A stretch of DNA of 64,000 bases from Octopus sinensis. Taxonomy: Eukaryota. Under the pieces are notes generated by a model. The model was not told the DNA's origin. It was given only the letters and a program-made list of their open reading frames with translations, and did no database searches. The DNA is taken from the NCBI RefSeq assembly GCF_006345805.1, contig NC_043004.1, positions 20,336,001-20,400,000 on the forward strand, in the 5' to 3' direction. The position numbers and the translations under genes were made by a program. This document shows positions 12,864 to 27,284 of this stretch, in pieces. How positions within the stretch are numbered: the first letter of the stretch is position 1; every line of letters starts with the position of its first letter.

Positions 12864-14240
12864 CAGTGGCTGATCTACCATAAAACTTATGATGCTTAAG
12901 TATCAGGGACCCTAAGCCAGGAGAGGCCCCTCTGAAGAAACTTAATTTTTTCATTCTATAAATTTTTTTTGTTTTTGTATTTTGCCATGCTGATTGCTGT
13001 TACCAGTCTTAGTGGACGTCATATCATACTCCTATGCAGAGTCTAGACACACAGTGTCTAGCCATGAGTTGTTCACCTATTGTTTCTGCCAGTGTGGAGT
13101 TGCATAAAAACTAAAAGTACAAACACCTCGCAGATAATTCGCTTTACTTAAATTATTTTGGAAACCTCGGCCCTGCCCCTCCCATTGTCAAATATGTCTA
13201 CTACTACATCAACATGGTAGAGATAAGAATTCTTATTTTCACACCATTAATTAATGACCAATTAAAGTGTTTGCCTCCTATTTTTGGACTTATAATCTCT
13301 TCAGTAACAAAGCATTTTTCTACTTCAAAAATTCTTTGAATATCACCTTGTACAAAATGAACAATTCTTCATTTATGACTATATATTAAGTTGTGACCCT
13401 CATCTTCATCGATCTCTCTCTCACTGTGGCTAATGAAAATAATACCCCCAATTTTTTTCCACAGACGTTTAGGCCCAAGTGGAATAGCTATGTCTTCAAG
13501 AAAGTACTTAAGCAGATACCAGAAATGCCAACTCAAAGAAAAGCATTTTAACGAAACTTCTAAATGTCAAAAACTATCAAACTAATTTACAATGTCAAGT
13601 AAGTTTATTATCACCTGCAACTAAAACAAGCCTTGCAAGCACCAGTGAAGTCAATGATGGTGCACAAACCATGAGTGCTCTGTTTGGCAATAATCACCCT
13701 ACTGTTGACATTTTTGGTGCAGATGATAATCATGGTAGGCAAGAACTTTGAGAAAAGAGAGAGCAGAAACAGAGAAAATTTAGTGATTTCAAAGAATACT
13801 GTGACCTGGCACACTGGCCTGTAACAATTCAGGATTTCATACAAAACTTTTTAATGCAAGACATCAGTTTTTTTCAAAATAAAAAAAAACAGATAATGCA
13901 TGTACTGAATCCAACAAAATTTACAAAAAGCAAAATCGAAGTTTCTCAAACAAGTACTTTGAAAAAAAGATTGCAAAATGGTCCGACTTTGATTGGATTC
14001 TGGTTAGTTTACTCAGAGAAAACACTTTTCTAAATTCCAAATATCACTTAAAACAGGTGAGTTCTTTCTGATTGGATGAATATACTCAGAGCTCTAGAAA
14101 ATCATGAAGATAGCATTGAACATAACAGGGTGATGTTGAGCTGGCTAACACAAAAATCAAATAAAAGCACTGCAAATAAGCAACTTCTCAACAGTTGAGA
14201 AAAAACATGCAGTACTATTTTGCTGTAGAAGTTATAGAGT
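12864..14240 (+). mobile_element. Decayed hAT-like DNA transposon (TTF-type zinc-finger transposase remnant)
   Basis: cagtggctgatcta...ggccc terminal motif at 12864; remnant peptides FEK.LQNG...WLVYSE and DW.NI.RALENHEDSIEH...MLSWL at ~13960-14150. Confidence 0.5.
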
Positions 14241-14587
14241 TTTTAATAACTTTTCTTTGCAGCTGTATCAACTTCTTGGGTTGAATTAGAAGTACTTGGT
14301 GATTAGTCCTAATAAAGTGTCATGTTTGTTGGTGAAATTCAACTGGTGGGATAGCTGAAGCTAGTGAAGTTGTTTTTTTTTTCTATTGGTGGTTGATGTG
14401 AGCAAGGTTATAATTTATTTTCCTGACTTTGAGAAAAGAGGAAGTTGAACAAGATGATGTCTCATTTCTTCTCTAATTCTTTTTAAGTATTATTCATTTA
14501 CAGGGCTCCAAAGATATATATACTAACGATGCGATGTAAATGTAGAGGAATGTGTGCATGTGTATGTCTTTACATAATTGTAAATTA

Positions 14588-14815
14588 CCACCATCATTAT
14601 CATTATCATTGAGTGTTTGTTTTCCATGCTGGCATGGGTTAGATGACTTGATTGGAACTGGTAAGTCAGAGGGCTGCACCAGGTTCCGGTCTGTTTTGGC
14701 GTGATTTCTATATCTTGATGCCCTTCCCAACACCAACCACTCCATGGAGTGTACTGGGCACCTTTTACATGTCATCAGCATGTGTGTTTTTAACATGTCA
14801 CCAACACTGGGCCAC
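14588..14815 (-). mobile_element. SINE family C
   Basis: (cat)n + ttttccatgctggcatgggtt...ggctgcaccagg...gatgcccttcc. Confidence 0.75.
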
Positions 14816-14816
14816 A

Positions 14817-14859
<43 letters not shown>

Positions 14860-15713
14860 CACACACAATGAGCTTTTGCAATTTACATCAACAGAATCTG
14901 CTCACAATGCTTTGGTTGTCCAGGGACTATACTAGAAAAGACTTGCCCAAGATGCCATGCAGTGTGACTATACATAAGACCACAAAGTTGGGCAGGATGA
15001 TGCTCAACCGTATCATCCCATGTCCACTTTTTCACTCGAGCATCAATCAGACAGTATTGGGACAGAATTTGTATGTCTTTGTGTGTGTGTGTGTGTGGGG
15101 GGGGTGTTCATTCCTTCATTTTATTTCCATTCATCTGTGCTAGCATGGGATGGATGGAGAACTTATCAAAGTAGTGTTTGGTAGCCAGAAGCCCGTTTGT
15201 CATTGATCTGATCCTTGCCTGTTTATGAATTAAGAAAGTTTTTTTTTTTTTTTTATCCCACTCATCATTGAAAGCAAAGAGCTACAAAATGTATTGTTTA
15301 AAGGACATATAAACATGACGTCACTGTTTTGTTCAGACAGTGTCATGCAAAGACACAGAACATTAACATTTGCTTACAAATTCATGATCACACGTACATT
15401 TTCACTTATACACATATGCATATATATACCTGCACACATTTATTCTTTGCATGACTTTACATTCCATGCCTTTACATGACATGCAGACGAAGGTTGGCAT
15501 AAACACCCACCTAAAGAATTTTGCCCATGCTGCATTAGTTTTGATGGGAAAACAGAATCAGATACTTTTGAATGCAGGAATATGTGTGTATGCATATGTG
15601 TATATATGCATATGCAGCACATGCATGGATACATGTAGATGTATGTATATATATGTGTGTGTGTATGTACATATATGCATCTGTATACATACATCCATAT
15701 ATATATATATATA

Positions 15714-15761
<48 letters not shown>

Positions 15762-15889
15762 TGAGTGTATTTTTACCTTGTTAACAATAAACACGGAAAA
15801 AACAAATAAATAGTTACCAGGGGAAAAATGAATAAACATGTATCGAAAGTAAAAATATTTTATTACACCTGCGTTAACTCCATTTTTTA

Positions 15890-15931
<42 letters not shown>

Positions 15932-16699
15932 CATACATCATACATACATATATGTCTCACACATGGAAACACCAATATTACTTCTAACAATTTGCATCTC
16001 CTCTTAAATTGTTTATCATAGTGTTTTTTTGCAATTATCCATCACCATACACAATACCTATATTTACAACCCATTCATATTTATGACTCTCATAACATCA
16101 TGATCCCTTCATGATTGCTACCGTCATTACTACCTTCATTACTACTGCGACAATTCTGGGATGATTTCTCTCTTCCAATTGCATCAACACCACCACTGCA
16201 GTTATTCAGTGGTCTTATTTTTAAAATGTGGCATCTCTCAAAAATACCTACTTCATCTATCTTTGGAACAATCTGATTTCATTCTGGAACATTCATTATT
16301 CTGGAATTTCCAATTTCAATTCTAAACATTTTCTCATAGCAATTGTAATTGAATACTCACCGAATAAGGCATGACAAATAGAGAGGAGAATTATCAATCA
16401 CGCTAATCTCGCATTACTTTTATCTACCTTGAATGATATCACAAACCACTCTTCACAATGCTACCATTAACTCGAAACAGGTTTTCTCTGTAGCAATACG
16501 AATACAAATTAGTGAAATAGATTCAATAATAAAACATGCTGAACATTCTAATATGGTAAATTGTTCGAAGATTATGTTACACACATTAAATAGCTGAATA
16601 CTGTGATTGGAAACAGTAGAAAATATGAACTCTATACAAATTTCATATTTTACCACACAATAAACACTAATCTTTTATGCATAATCTGATTATGCATTG

Positions 16700-17160
16700 G
16701 TCTTTGTTGAATGGAGCAGGGGGAACATTTTCAGTAATTTTGTTGTCACTAAGGAAACCGGATATAGACAAATGGCTTGTGAGGACTATACAAGCTATTC
16801 ACAAAGATGCAGGAAGTAAAGTTCACTGATGAATTTTACATGAGGGTAGGAGTCTCTCAAGGATCAGTCCTCAATGCTTTTCTATTTATTATGGTCCTAC
16901 AGACCATTATAGATTAGTTTAAGATTGGCTGTCCATGGAAACTCCTTTATGTTGTTCATCTATTTTTCATAGTTAAATCTAAAGAGGGATTAAAGATGAA
17001 AATTTTAGGCACGAAAGATATATCCTGAAATCAAGAGTTCTGAAGGTAAACTTAGAAAACCTTTAAAGTTTCAGTAAGAAAGAAGGAAGACAGTGTAGGC
17101 TCTGGTATCATCAGAAAAATAGCTGCTCTTGATATGCAGAAAAGGAGTAAGTATCAACTA
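16700..17160 (+). mobile_element. Decayed RTE-clade LINE reverse transcriptase fragment
   Basis: Remnant reading WLVR..QA, VGVSQGSVL..FLFIMVLQ, FKIGCPWKLLY (cf. GVHQGSVLSPLLF...GCPWELLYADD); many stops. Confidence 0.65.
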
Positions 17161-17776
17161 CTTACATTGTATCCAATGCAGGATGAGGACACAGTGTGTG
17201 TAATGGAATAACAGACAGACTAACAGAGAAAGTGAACTTCTTATGTAACTGATGCACTGACAGAAAAGATGACAAAGACTCAGGGATGAGTAGCAATATA
17301 CAGTTCTTTAGAAGACCCCACCCATTTTGGTGAAACTGAGGTTCTGGAATCACACACACACACACACACACACACTCACATACACATTCATATGCACAAC
17401 TGCACACCCATGCAATATTTATCTCAAAAGATTTTCACTCACCTAACATCTTTCTGAGTTTTTCTGCTACTGTAATTAAACAAGAGCAAAACTGCATAGT
17501 TCTCTAGCTTTTATCTCATACTACTTACCTCTCTTACTACCCAATACCATTTCATTTATTATCCATTTTTCATCCTCTTCATCCACATTTTACATTGGCC
17601 ATCTTCCTGAGGCTCCAAAATTATCTCTCCTCCACTTACTATATCTACATTATGCTCTTACACACTACACTGCCACATGTCATCTCTTTCTCTTCATTTT
17701 GCCATACTCTCTCAATATTTGCTTGTCTGCTGCATCATTATTATTATTACTCTACTGCTCTTCAACTTCTTTTCTG

Positions 17777-18080
17777 TGGAGACATTTGGCCCAGTGGTTA
17801 GAGCAGCAGACTCATGGTCGATGGATCATGGGTTCGAATCTCAGACTGGGTGATATGTATGTTTATGTGCGAAACACCTAAGCTCCATGTGGCTCTGGCA
17901 GAAAGTAATGGCAAACTTCTGCTGACTCTTTCACCACAACATTCTCTCACTCTTTCCTCCTGCATCTTGCAGCTCACCTGCAACGGACTGGCATCCCATC
18001 CAGGTGTGGAACCTATACACCAAGGAAACCGGGAAACCAGCCCTTATGAGCCAGGTGTGGCTTCAGAAGGAATAAACAAC
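17777..18080 (+). mobile_element. tRNA-derived SINE, family D
   Basis: A box tggcccagtgg, B box ggttcgaatc; ctgcaacggactggcatcccatccagg motif; caac-type tail. Confidence 0.75.
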
Positions 18081-19181
18081 CTTCTTTTCTGCACTACTGG
18101 TAATCTCCTGTACCCTATCTCCCCTGTCTCATATATCATTAGTCATTCCTCAAAACCACAACTCTTCCCAATTTCTACAGTTGTCACCTACTCCTCCCTA
18201 CCTATCATCTCTCATCAGTTGTTCTTCCCCATTTCTAATCACTAACTATATCTTACTTTCCCATACACTCATACAACCTCTACTCAGCTGCATTTTCTAT
18301 TCTTCGGTCCCCACTCAATGGACTTATAATCTCTTCAGTATCATGAGGGTCCAAACTGACACCTAATCAACATTTTATAAATCTCTTTCTAGCTCTAGTC
18401 AGACCACGCTAACCATTTCTTCTATAATGTAAGTAGTTGTGTAGCTCCTCTACTGTAAGAAACCACTTCTCTCCAAGACCATTCTCTTTCCTTTGTAACT
18501 ACTCACCCATTAGCATACAACCGCTTTCCTCCTTACTGTAGCTCCACTCAGTTAATGGGGATCTTAGTCTTGCAGGCTGCTTAGCAACCTCACTGGAGAT
18601 TTCACCATCAATAAAGCACCCAACTGTAGAAACCATACCACTCAGTCAACATTTGGACATATGCGCAACAACCAAATCTCACAAATTCATGGTTTTACTA
18701 CTTCATCAATGTGCTTTATCAAAATATACAAACCATGGTTAAATAAGCTATACAAGCATCAATGATATATGATTCACCATTCAATGTGAATGCTTTCCAC
18801 GGCTGTTTAAAAGTGTCTGTTGATAAAAGTGAATCATCACTTTCTTTAAAGCTGACTAATTACACTTGAATTTCGAGCGTAATAAATTTCAGTTATCTTC
18901 ATTTCAGTTTCATAGATTTTCACTAAGTCTTCTTTACCTGTGTGTGTGTTGGGGGGTGGGGTGGGGTGCATGCATATGCGTGTTTGCATGTACTGTTTCT
19001 TTGATTAATCTAATACTCATGCTCCCACGATCCTCTCTTTCTGTTTATATTTGCTCTGTAAATACAGCTTTTTTCAAATAGGTGTTGTGAAAATTTAGGA
19101 GCAAAATAATTATACTTTATTCCCATGAGATATTTTCAGCAATTTTAATTGCAGGTATATGCATGTATATGTGTGTGTGTT

Positions 19182-19212
<31 letters not shown>

Positions 19213-19235
19213 GTATGTATTTATATATATATACG

Positions 19236-19274
<39 letters not shown>

Positions 19275-21794
19275 GTGTGTGTATGTGTATATTATATATA
19301 TATATATATAAGTGTGTGTGCGTGTGTGTATAGTGTGTATATATGTGCACTCTGAATAGTTTGGAAGTAATACTTCTTTGTGAACTGCCTTATTATAAGA
19401 ATAGACCTAATTTGCAAGATTTTAAGAATGAATGAATGATTCACTGAAGTTGTATATATAACACTAAAATGTCACCATGCTTTAGCTACATAAGATAACT
19501 TGGCTAAATAATATAACTAAATAAGATAACTGTTCATATCCAATGCAAGATATGGACACACAGAAAGTGTAATGGTATAACAGATAGACTAGCCGAGAAA
19601 GTAAACTTCCTATGTAACTGATGTTTGTCATAACTAACTGACTATAACAGCCCTGAATTGGACTTCCCCTACTCAGAGGTATTGACCTGATTGTCGTGTT
19701 ACATATCAACTGGACTAAACTTTTGATGTTACTTCTCCATGTGGATATCACATACATGATCTTAGTAAACAGAGAAGTAACCAAAAAGTTTCATGATCCT
19801 CTTCAACCTAGCAAACTGTATATTAACTGATAGTGATCTGAGATACATTCTCTCTCTAAAATGAAAGAAATTTAGAAATGGTACAGTTTGTGAAACAGTT
19901 TCATGTATTTCAAAACTTACATATTTGAAAATCATACTAAAGTGAAACTGGTTTAATATTTGTATACATAAATCTTCTTTTATACACTCTCTCTGCATTT
20001 TCAGTTCATTAATTTCTTCTATGATACTTCAGGTTTAAAAATAATTAGCAATACCATAACTTCCTTTTGGTTTGTATATTTGCAAATACTTCACCCTCAC
20101 ATCACTTCCATAATATTATAATAAATGACCCTGTCAAGGGTGTTGGGTATCAAATTTCTTTACTGGATGTCAATACTATTCATTCATGGTAAAAGAGAAC
20201 AATAGTTTAAGGTTGATGACTAGAAACAGGTAACCTAGTTCTGTACAAATGCCACATTGACCAAATTCCATCTTATTTCTCCTTTCTTCCTTCTCTTTCC
20301 CAATTGATTTGTTTTGGTGCTGACAAAAATAGCATTGTACTAGCAGTTCCCTATATTGTTAGCTGATCAATCGATTGATTGATAAAACTGAACCATGAAT
20401 GCATCCAAATGCATATCTGAAACAACTGATGCAATTGAATGTATATAATGCATTATTTCTTAGTACTATGTATATGCTAGCATAGTTGGTGGGGAGGTAG
20501 TAGGGGCGGTCCACCCATGGCAGCACTTTTGTGTCTGCTGTAGACAATATGTGTTTTTTGTGGGGTCTGGGGGTGGCAAACAGAAGGGTCACCTGGGCTG
20601 CACACACTCTAGCTATGCTAGTGTGTGTATAAATGCATATATAAGTGTATGAATTAATATATATATACCTAATTCAGGATCACAACACATAAATACACTG
20701 CAGCACAATTTCTTTTCTTCAACAGGCCTTGTCCCAAAATAGATCAAAGAAGAAAAGGAGCCCATCATCTTTAAATGAAACTCGGACAAATTTCTTCAAG
20801 GAATAGCAGCTAAGCCACATATACCTTGTTACAACTTACTCAACAAGAACTCCCTACTCGAATGGACCCAGATATCACAAAACTTGACTTAAAAAGGATT
20901 TAGCTACTCCTATTAGGTGGTGCTATTAAGTTAGACATGGTCTGGATCAATCTTTCGTCAAAACTTAAGTTATCTGAGTTATATATATAATATTACATTA
21001 TTATTTAAAACTTATTTAAGAGTTACATATATTTTATTTAAAATAGTTTGAATTGGCTCTCTGCAACTTAGTTTTGCAGGCTTCCTACAAGAACCTAGCT
21101 CATTCAGGCTTAAATTACCAAATGAAGGGGTACAGGAAATCCAAGATAGCTACTGGAGATTGGACTGATAATGGTGGAGGTGGGTCACATGATACTGTTG
21201 GAAATGAGATCGACTTTTCAGTGACACCAGATGCAATTGGCAAGGAAACTTTCTTGGACCATGTGGCTGGAGAGGAAGCTGTTGGCATCTTGGTGTCTGG
21301 CCAACCTTTAAAGGGACTTGGAAGACGACAGAAATAAGGTTGATGAAGGTGTGTGTATATACTGGATTGATGAGTGTACGGATATGGGTGAATGATGTCT
21401 ATGCATGTGTGTGGGCTATGTGTGTGTGTACGGGATATGTTCATCTAAGCTTGCATGTGAATGAAGGTTGGCATATGGGCAAGGACTGATGGTATCAGCT
21501 CATTGATATGTATGTATGTGTGGAAATATGGTTGTGAGTGCATTTCAGACATGTGAGAGGATCTGTGGGGCTAATTTGTAGGTGAATGTGTCAGCTATGT
21601 ATATTAGCTGCATGTGTATAAGTGTGTGTGTGCAAATATGTGTGTGGTAATGCCTGCTATAGACATGTGCTTTTGGCAAGAGTTTAGGATACATGTATGG
21701 GTTCTCAAACAGTTTTAAATAAAAATATATGTAACTCCTATAAAATGTGCTGAGTGTCTCACTCAACAAATTTAGTATAAATACATATCGTTTA

Positions 21795-22222
21795 TCATTT
21801 ACTTGTTTCGGTCATTAGACTGTGACTATGCTGGGGCACCACCTTGAAGAATTTGTAGATGAATAGATCAACACCAGGATATTTTTTTAAGACTGGTACT
21901 TAATCTATCCATTCGTCAAGCATTGGTGGGGGAAAACACACACATACATACATACATACACACATACACACATACATACATACATGCATACATGCATACA
22001 TACATACATACATACACACACACATACATACATACATGCATACATGCATACATACATATATACATACATACATACATATGATGGGCTTCTTTCAGCCTCT
22101 GTCTACCAAATCCACTCAGCTTAAGGGAATCATAGAAGACATTTGCCCAAGGTGCCACAGAGTGGGATTGAACCTGTAACCAAGTGGTTGGGAAACAGAC
22201 TTCTTACCACACAGCCATGCCT
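21795..22222 (-). mobile_element. SINE family A
   Basis: Same head/tail as 8081-8510 with internal (CATA)n. Confidence 0.8.
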
Positions 22223-24765
22223 ATATATATATATATACACCATGAGTTTCTACACAATTTACATATGATCATTATTTAATATCCATTTTCTATACTAGCA
22301 TGGATTGTATCTTACACACATGCACACACATATACATATATGTATGTGTGTGTGTGTGTGTGTGTACACATACTGTTCAATCCATGTTAGCATTGTAGAT
22401 AGACTTTAAATGATGATGATATTGATATATGATGTTGCTATGAGAATTGCCTGGTTAAGAAGCCTAGGTAACAAGACAGTATATTCTCAAAACTTGTTTC
22501 ATATCATCTTGGCTTTCATCCAACGTGGTTTAGCTAATTTAATATTCTTCTATAATTCAAAAATGGTCTAGAAATGCACTAATAATACATCCTTGCTAAA
22601 CATGCCAATATTAGTTCTTTAGAATGTGATAAATTATTTAAGTGCATTAAAACAAGTACATTAGTTCGAACATGTATTAATAAATATATTTTCACTGCTT
22701 ATATCAATATATTCATCTACATAAATATCCATACATATGTATGCATATGCATGTGTGTGTGGTTGTGTGTGAGTGCATGTGTGTGCGTCTATATATACTT
22801 TCAGAATGTTATAAATTACTCAAATACATCATTGTTTTGCTTATAATTTTTTTATAGAATTTAATGTTGTCCATCATACAGTTTTGTCTACTTATGTATC
22901 ATATGTGTATCATCTCTCACTCTATTTCATGCTTTATATCACAACTTTTCTGTCATGTGCACTGCTTTCCCCAAGTGAAGTGCAGTCAGTAGTAATTAAT
23001 TCAAACTCGCAGTTATGTATCTTCAAGGTATGTAATGTGGTGGTGTTCAAGAAGGGAAGCAAATGACAGAAAATTTTTGAGATGAGGTCAGAAATAAAGT
23101 ATTAATGTTGGCAGTTTGAAGCTTCTGACTTATCTTCATGCCTTAAGTTGATGAAGTAAGATTAATTGTCAGTTGTTAGTTTATACGTTTGCCAAGGATT
23201 CATGTCTTGTGGCAATCATGTTTGTTTGTTTTATTACAAAAGATGACAAAACTTAGTTTTGCAGTATGGAACTTATCTTGACTTGGAACTTATCTTGACT
23301 GTGAATGAAATATATTATTTTTACCAGTGGGTAACAGATAATAGGTTTTGAAAACCCTGAGGATTGCTTTCATGATAATACATTTCTTAGCAAAAGCATT
23401 TCAGCATATGAGTATCATTTTACTTCAGTCCTAATTCAAATGTTATTTCTACCATTCTTTTCTCAGCTAAATGTGATCAATCTAACTAGATATGTATAAA
23501 TGGGTATTAGCTACCTTTTCAAACATTTTCATACCAAGAATACATGCTCTTTAAATAAGCATTCTGCTGAACCTAAACAGGCTGTCCATCAATTGGGCCA
23601 GAAAGCTGAGGCTGGTTTGCCAGTCTTTAGCAAGTAATGTGATTGGCCAAGTGAAGACTAATCAAAATTTGACCATCCTAAACTAAGGCAAAATGAACAT
23701 TTTTATTTCTATGCTCAAAAGATTTACATAACTGCATAACCTTTTGACTTATTTAAAAAATAGAGACTATGAATCAATTACCTTCTAAGATTGAATATAT
23801 ATAAATGCAGAAACATTGAAGCATAAAGGCTTTCAAATAAGTAAAGCATATTCCAAATGAAGAATTAAAAGCAAAAAAAAATTACTGCAAAGTAAGTTAC
23901 AAGAAGATCACTGACAATTCTAACAAATAACAGACATCATTTAACAAACTATTTTCTCTGGAAAAGTAAAAATTGTTGTGTCTCAAGAAAATTTATTTAA
24001 TTTCATTTGGTTTCCTCTATTTAGTAAATGCAATTTAACATTGAAAGATTTGTGTTTGTGGCCAATAATGTATTACATTCTTCATTATTTCAAAACACTT
24101 TCATGATTCTAGCATGACATCTTTAGGAAGTCATTTGCATTTGTTTTAAACACTCCCCATGACATATACACACACACATATAAGCACACACACACACACA
24201 CACATACATAATACATATATATATATATTTATATATATAGACGTATATATATATATGCATACATATGTTTATATTTATATATACTTTTTGCATATATATA
24301 TATATACATTTTGCATATGTATACTCACTCAGACATGTGCATGAATGCACATGTCAATGCACATGTGTGTGTGCATGTTCATCCAAGTATGCATGTGTGT
24401 GCATGTGTGTGCATGTGTGTGCAGACATGTGCATGAGCACCCATGTACAGATGCACATGCTCACATCAATACACACATGCATGCAAAACTATATGAATGT
24501 GTCTGCACACCCACGTATACAACTTTATACTTGCACATGCCGCCCTTTCCTACTACCCCACAAACAACCTGACCGATTTCCTAATTGCCATGTGATCTAT
24601 TTCCTGTCCTCCACGTGGTCAATTTCCTGTCCACCATGAAGTATTTTCTAACTAACTGTTACTCATATACTAACATCAAACTACGACACTGTGCAACCTT
24701 CCCTGACAAATTGCAGCCCACCTTACAGTACTAACAATCAACTGCTGTCATTCAAATTCAAATTC

Positions 24766-24836
24766 AAAATAGCTGATGACTACTAGCATCATGCTTGAAA
24801 CTCAAAAGCTGCAACGAATTTGAGTCAAATTATTTT
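24766..24836 (+). ncRNA. Degenerate type-I hammerhead ribozyme-like motif
   Basis: aaaatag-CTGATGA-(agcat/atgct)-GAAA-ctcaaa...tttgag-TC; stem III 7 bp with GUC; stem I partner tatttt offset by 4 nt. Confidence 0.45.
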
Positions 24837-24849
24837 GATCCACACACAC

Positions 24850-24897
<48 letters not shown>

Positions 24898-24907
24898 GTG
24901 TGTGTCA

Positions 24908-24943
24908 CTTTCTGTAGAAGAGCGTAGGCTCAAAACGTAAAAG
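24908..24943 (+). ncRNA. Minimal type-I hammerhead-like motif (PLE pLTR type), core-mutated
   Basis: cttt-CTGTAGA-a-gagc(gtag)gctc-AAAA-cg-TA-aaag: stems I and II intact, palindromic ACGT stem III. Confidence 0.5.
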
Positions 24944-25052
24944 ACTTTTTCTATTCCTGAGCGTTATACTAATACATCTGTTTGTTTTCTACACCACCTG
25001 TCTTCGTCTTTTGTTTTTTTCGTAAACTCTCGCTATATATATATATGAATAT

Positions 25053-25348
25053 ATATACAAAAATTCTATAATTATGAGCATAATTATAATTAGGGTTCAG
25101 CAAAATTTGCTTCACCACATACCGAAATTTAGAAATAGCAGTTAAAATACTATTCTACTACCATAAGACATCTCCTAAGCAGCAATACTCTACAACTCAT
25201 GCAAGTAAAGTTGTAGAGTGTTGCTGTCTGAGAGATATCTTATGGTAGTAGAATAGTATTTTAACTGCTATTTCTAAATTTCGGTATGTGGTGAAGCAAA
25301 TTTTGCTGAACCCTAATTATAATTATGCTCATAATTATAGAATTTTTG

Positions 25349-25352
<4 letters not shown>
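25053..25352. repeat. Near-perfect ~300 bp palindrome flanked by (TA)n
   Basis: Arms ~25053-25197 and ~25209-25352 are reverse complements, with mismatches mainly near the ~11 nt loop. Confidence 0.95.
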
Positions 25353-25388
<36 letters not shown>

Positions 25389-26082
25389 TACATATATACA
25401 CACACTTGAATTTACAAATCAGAAGAAAATGTACTCAAAAGAGAAACAGTGCTAATATTTTTGCAGTTTTAAGAGAACTGCCTGACTTACATTAAGCTAT
25501 GTGGAGATCCACACTAATCAGGTTCATGGAAATATGAACGATGTAAAATTCTGATGAGCAGCAGCAAGTTCTCTTGCTTTGTGTATGTGTGTGCATGTGT
25601 ACACCTGTGCACATGCATGTGAGTGTTCATATGTGCATATACACGGACACACATAAAACTACGTACATCTATGTGTATGTTGATATATGTGTCTGAAAAT
25701 AAATTTGTGTGTATGCATGCATGTGTAAGCAAATTGTTCTGGCTCAGTAAAACAAAAGTGATAGCATGGATGGTATAGCCATGTTGTTAACTGAGAAATG
25801 TTTATGTCCCACAGTCAGAATTGGCAGACAAAAAGAAGGACCATTTCTATAAAACCTTCCTGCACACAAGCAGAAAAGCCAGCTTCAGAATAATTTTTTT
25901 TTATGACCATAGAGGTTATGGTCCCCCCCCCCAAAAAAAAAAGTTCTGTTGTGCAAATGATCAAACTTCAAGAAGTTATCAAAGTACATCAGCAGTGCAC
26001 TGAAGTCCAACCCATGCCAGTCTGGAAAATAGATGTGAAATGGAGACGATTATGATGTATACATACACACATACATACATAT

Positions 26083-26134
<52 letters not shown>

Positions 26135-26178
26135 ATATAAATAAGTAAGCATATATGTATATATATATGAAGAGCAGG

Positions 26179-26276
26179 TTAGTTAAAATATGTTTGTGAC
26201 ATATTTCAACTTCTAAATGTAATGCAGTGAATTTGCCTTTAGAAGTTGAAATATGTCATGAACATATTTTAACTAA
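26179..26276. repeat. Inverted repeat (~39 bp arms, ~20 nt loop) next to (TA)n
   Basis: ttagttaaaatatgtttgtgacatatttcaacttctaaa / tttagaagttgaaatatgtcatgaacatattttaactaa. Confidence 0.85.
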
Positions 26277-27220
26277 GAGTTTTTTTTATTCCTAATCACT
26301 ACTTGATGCTGTGTGTGTTGTGCATTAATGTATAAATACATCCATGTATGTATGTATGTGTGAAACAGTATCTGGTATTTTAAAATTATTTTTTTATTTT
26401 TGTAAGGCAAACATGTTTCAGATGACAAGACCAAATGATACAAAGACATAGGGTATGATGTGCTTTATAGCTATTTGGAAATTAAAAAGTCACACAGAGT
26501 TTTTATATATTTTTTGTAATGGCATAGCAAGAGGAAGAAGGACAACACCCATGACATTTTTACTGAAATTTAGTGACTGTTGTGGAAGAAGACCTGTCAG
26601 CTAATGCTTGTGACAAAGCAGACTTCACAAAAGGAACTGAATGCTACAGATTAAGTCTGTCACCCAGGAACTTGTGAAAAAGATTTATGAAAGTAGACAG
26701 AGGAGATGTATATGTAATGTTAATGCCTGCTGTCTTTTGTGTTTATATAAATCTGAATAGTTGTATGAAATACAATGAATAAGGCAAAATATAAACTACA
26801 AGTTATAATACATGAAATATTATGTATAATGTAAAAGAGTAAATTATGAATAAAATTTAAATGTCTAAAATATAATGTAAAAAACAAAGACATAATTTAT
26901 AAAATGTTTATAAATTGTGTCTTTTTTTAAACAAAATTAAATATCTAAAAAAATATGAAACTATAACAATTTAGTTTACAAAATGTAATGTCTAAATTAT
27001 GATTATTGCAAGTAAACTATAGTGATTAAAATATATAAAATAAATAATAAATATAATAAAATATATAAAGTAAATAATAAATATAGTGTGAAATATATAT
27101 ATATATAGGCATAGGAGTAGCTTGCTTACCAACCACATGGTCTCGGGTTGAAATGGGGAACATGTATTTATGTATATATGTGTATACATATGCATATATG
27201 TGTATGAATATATGTATGCG

Positions 27221-27284
<64 letters not shown>

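Noticed and set aside
17777-17850. tRNA gene candidate
   Set aside because: Continues into a SINE body; no intact cloverleaf.
21053-21337. 94 aa ORF with a ttttgcag acceptor-like site
   Set aside because: No recognisable domain or similarity to the expected next receptor exon; end resembles a repeat tail.
23267-23300. 17 bp tandem duplication (also 22 bp at ~35897-35941)
   Set aside because: Ordinary slippage duplications.
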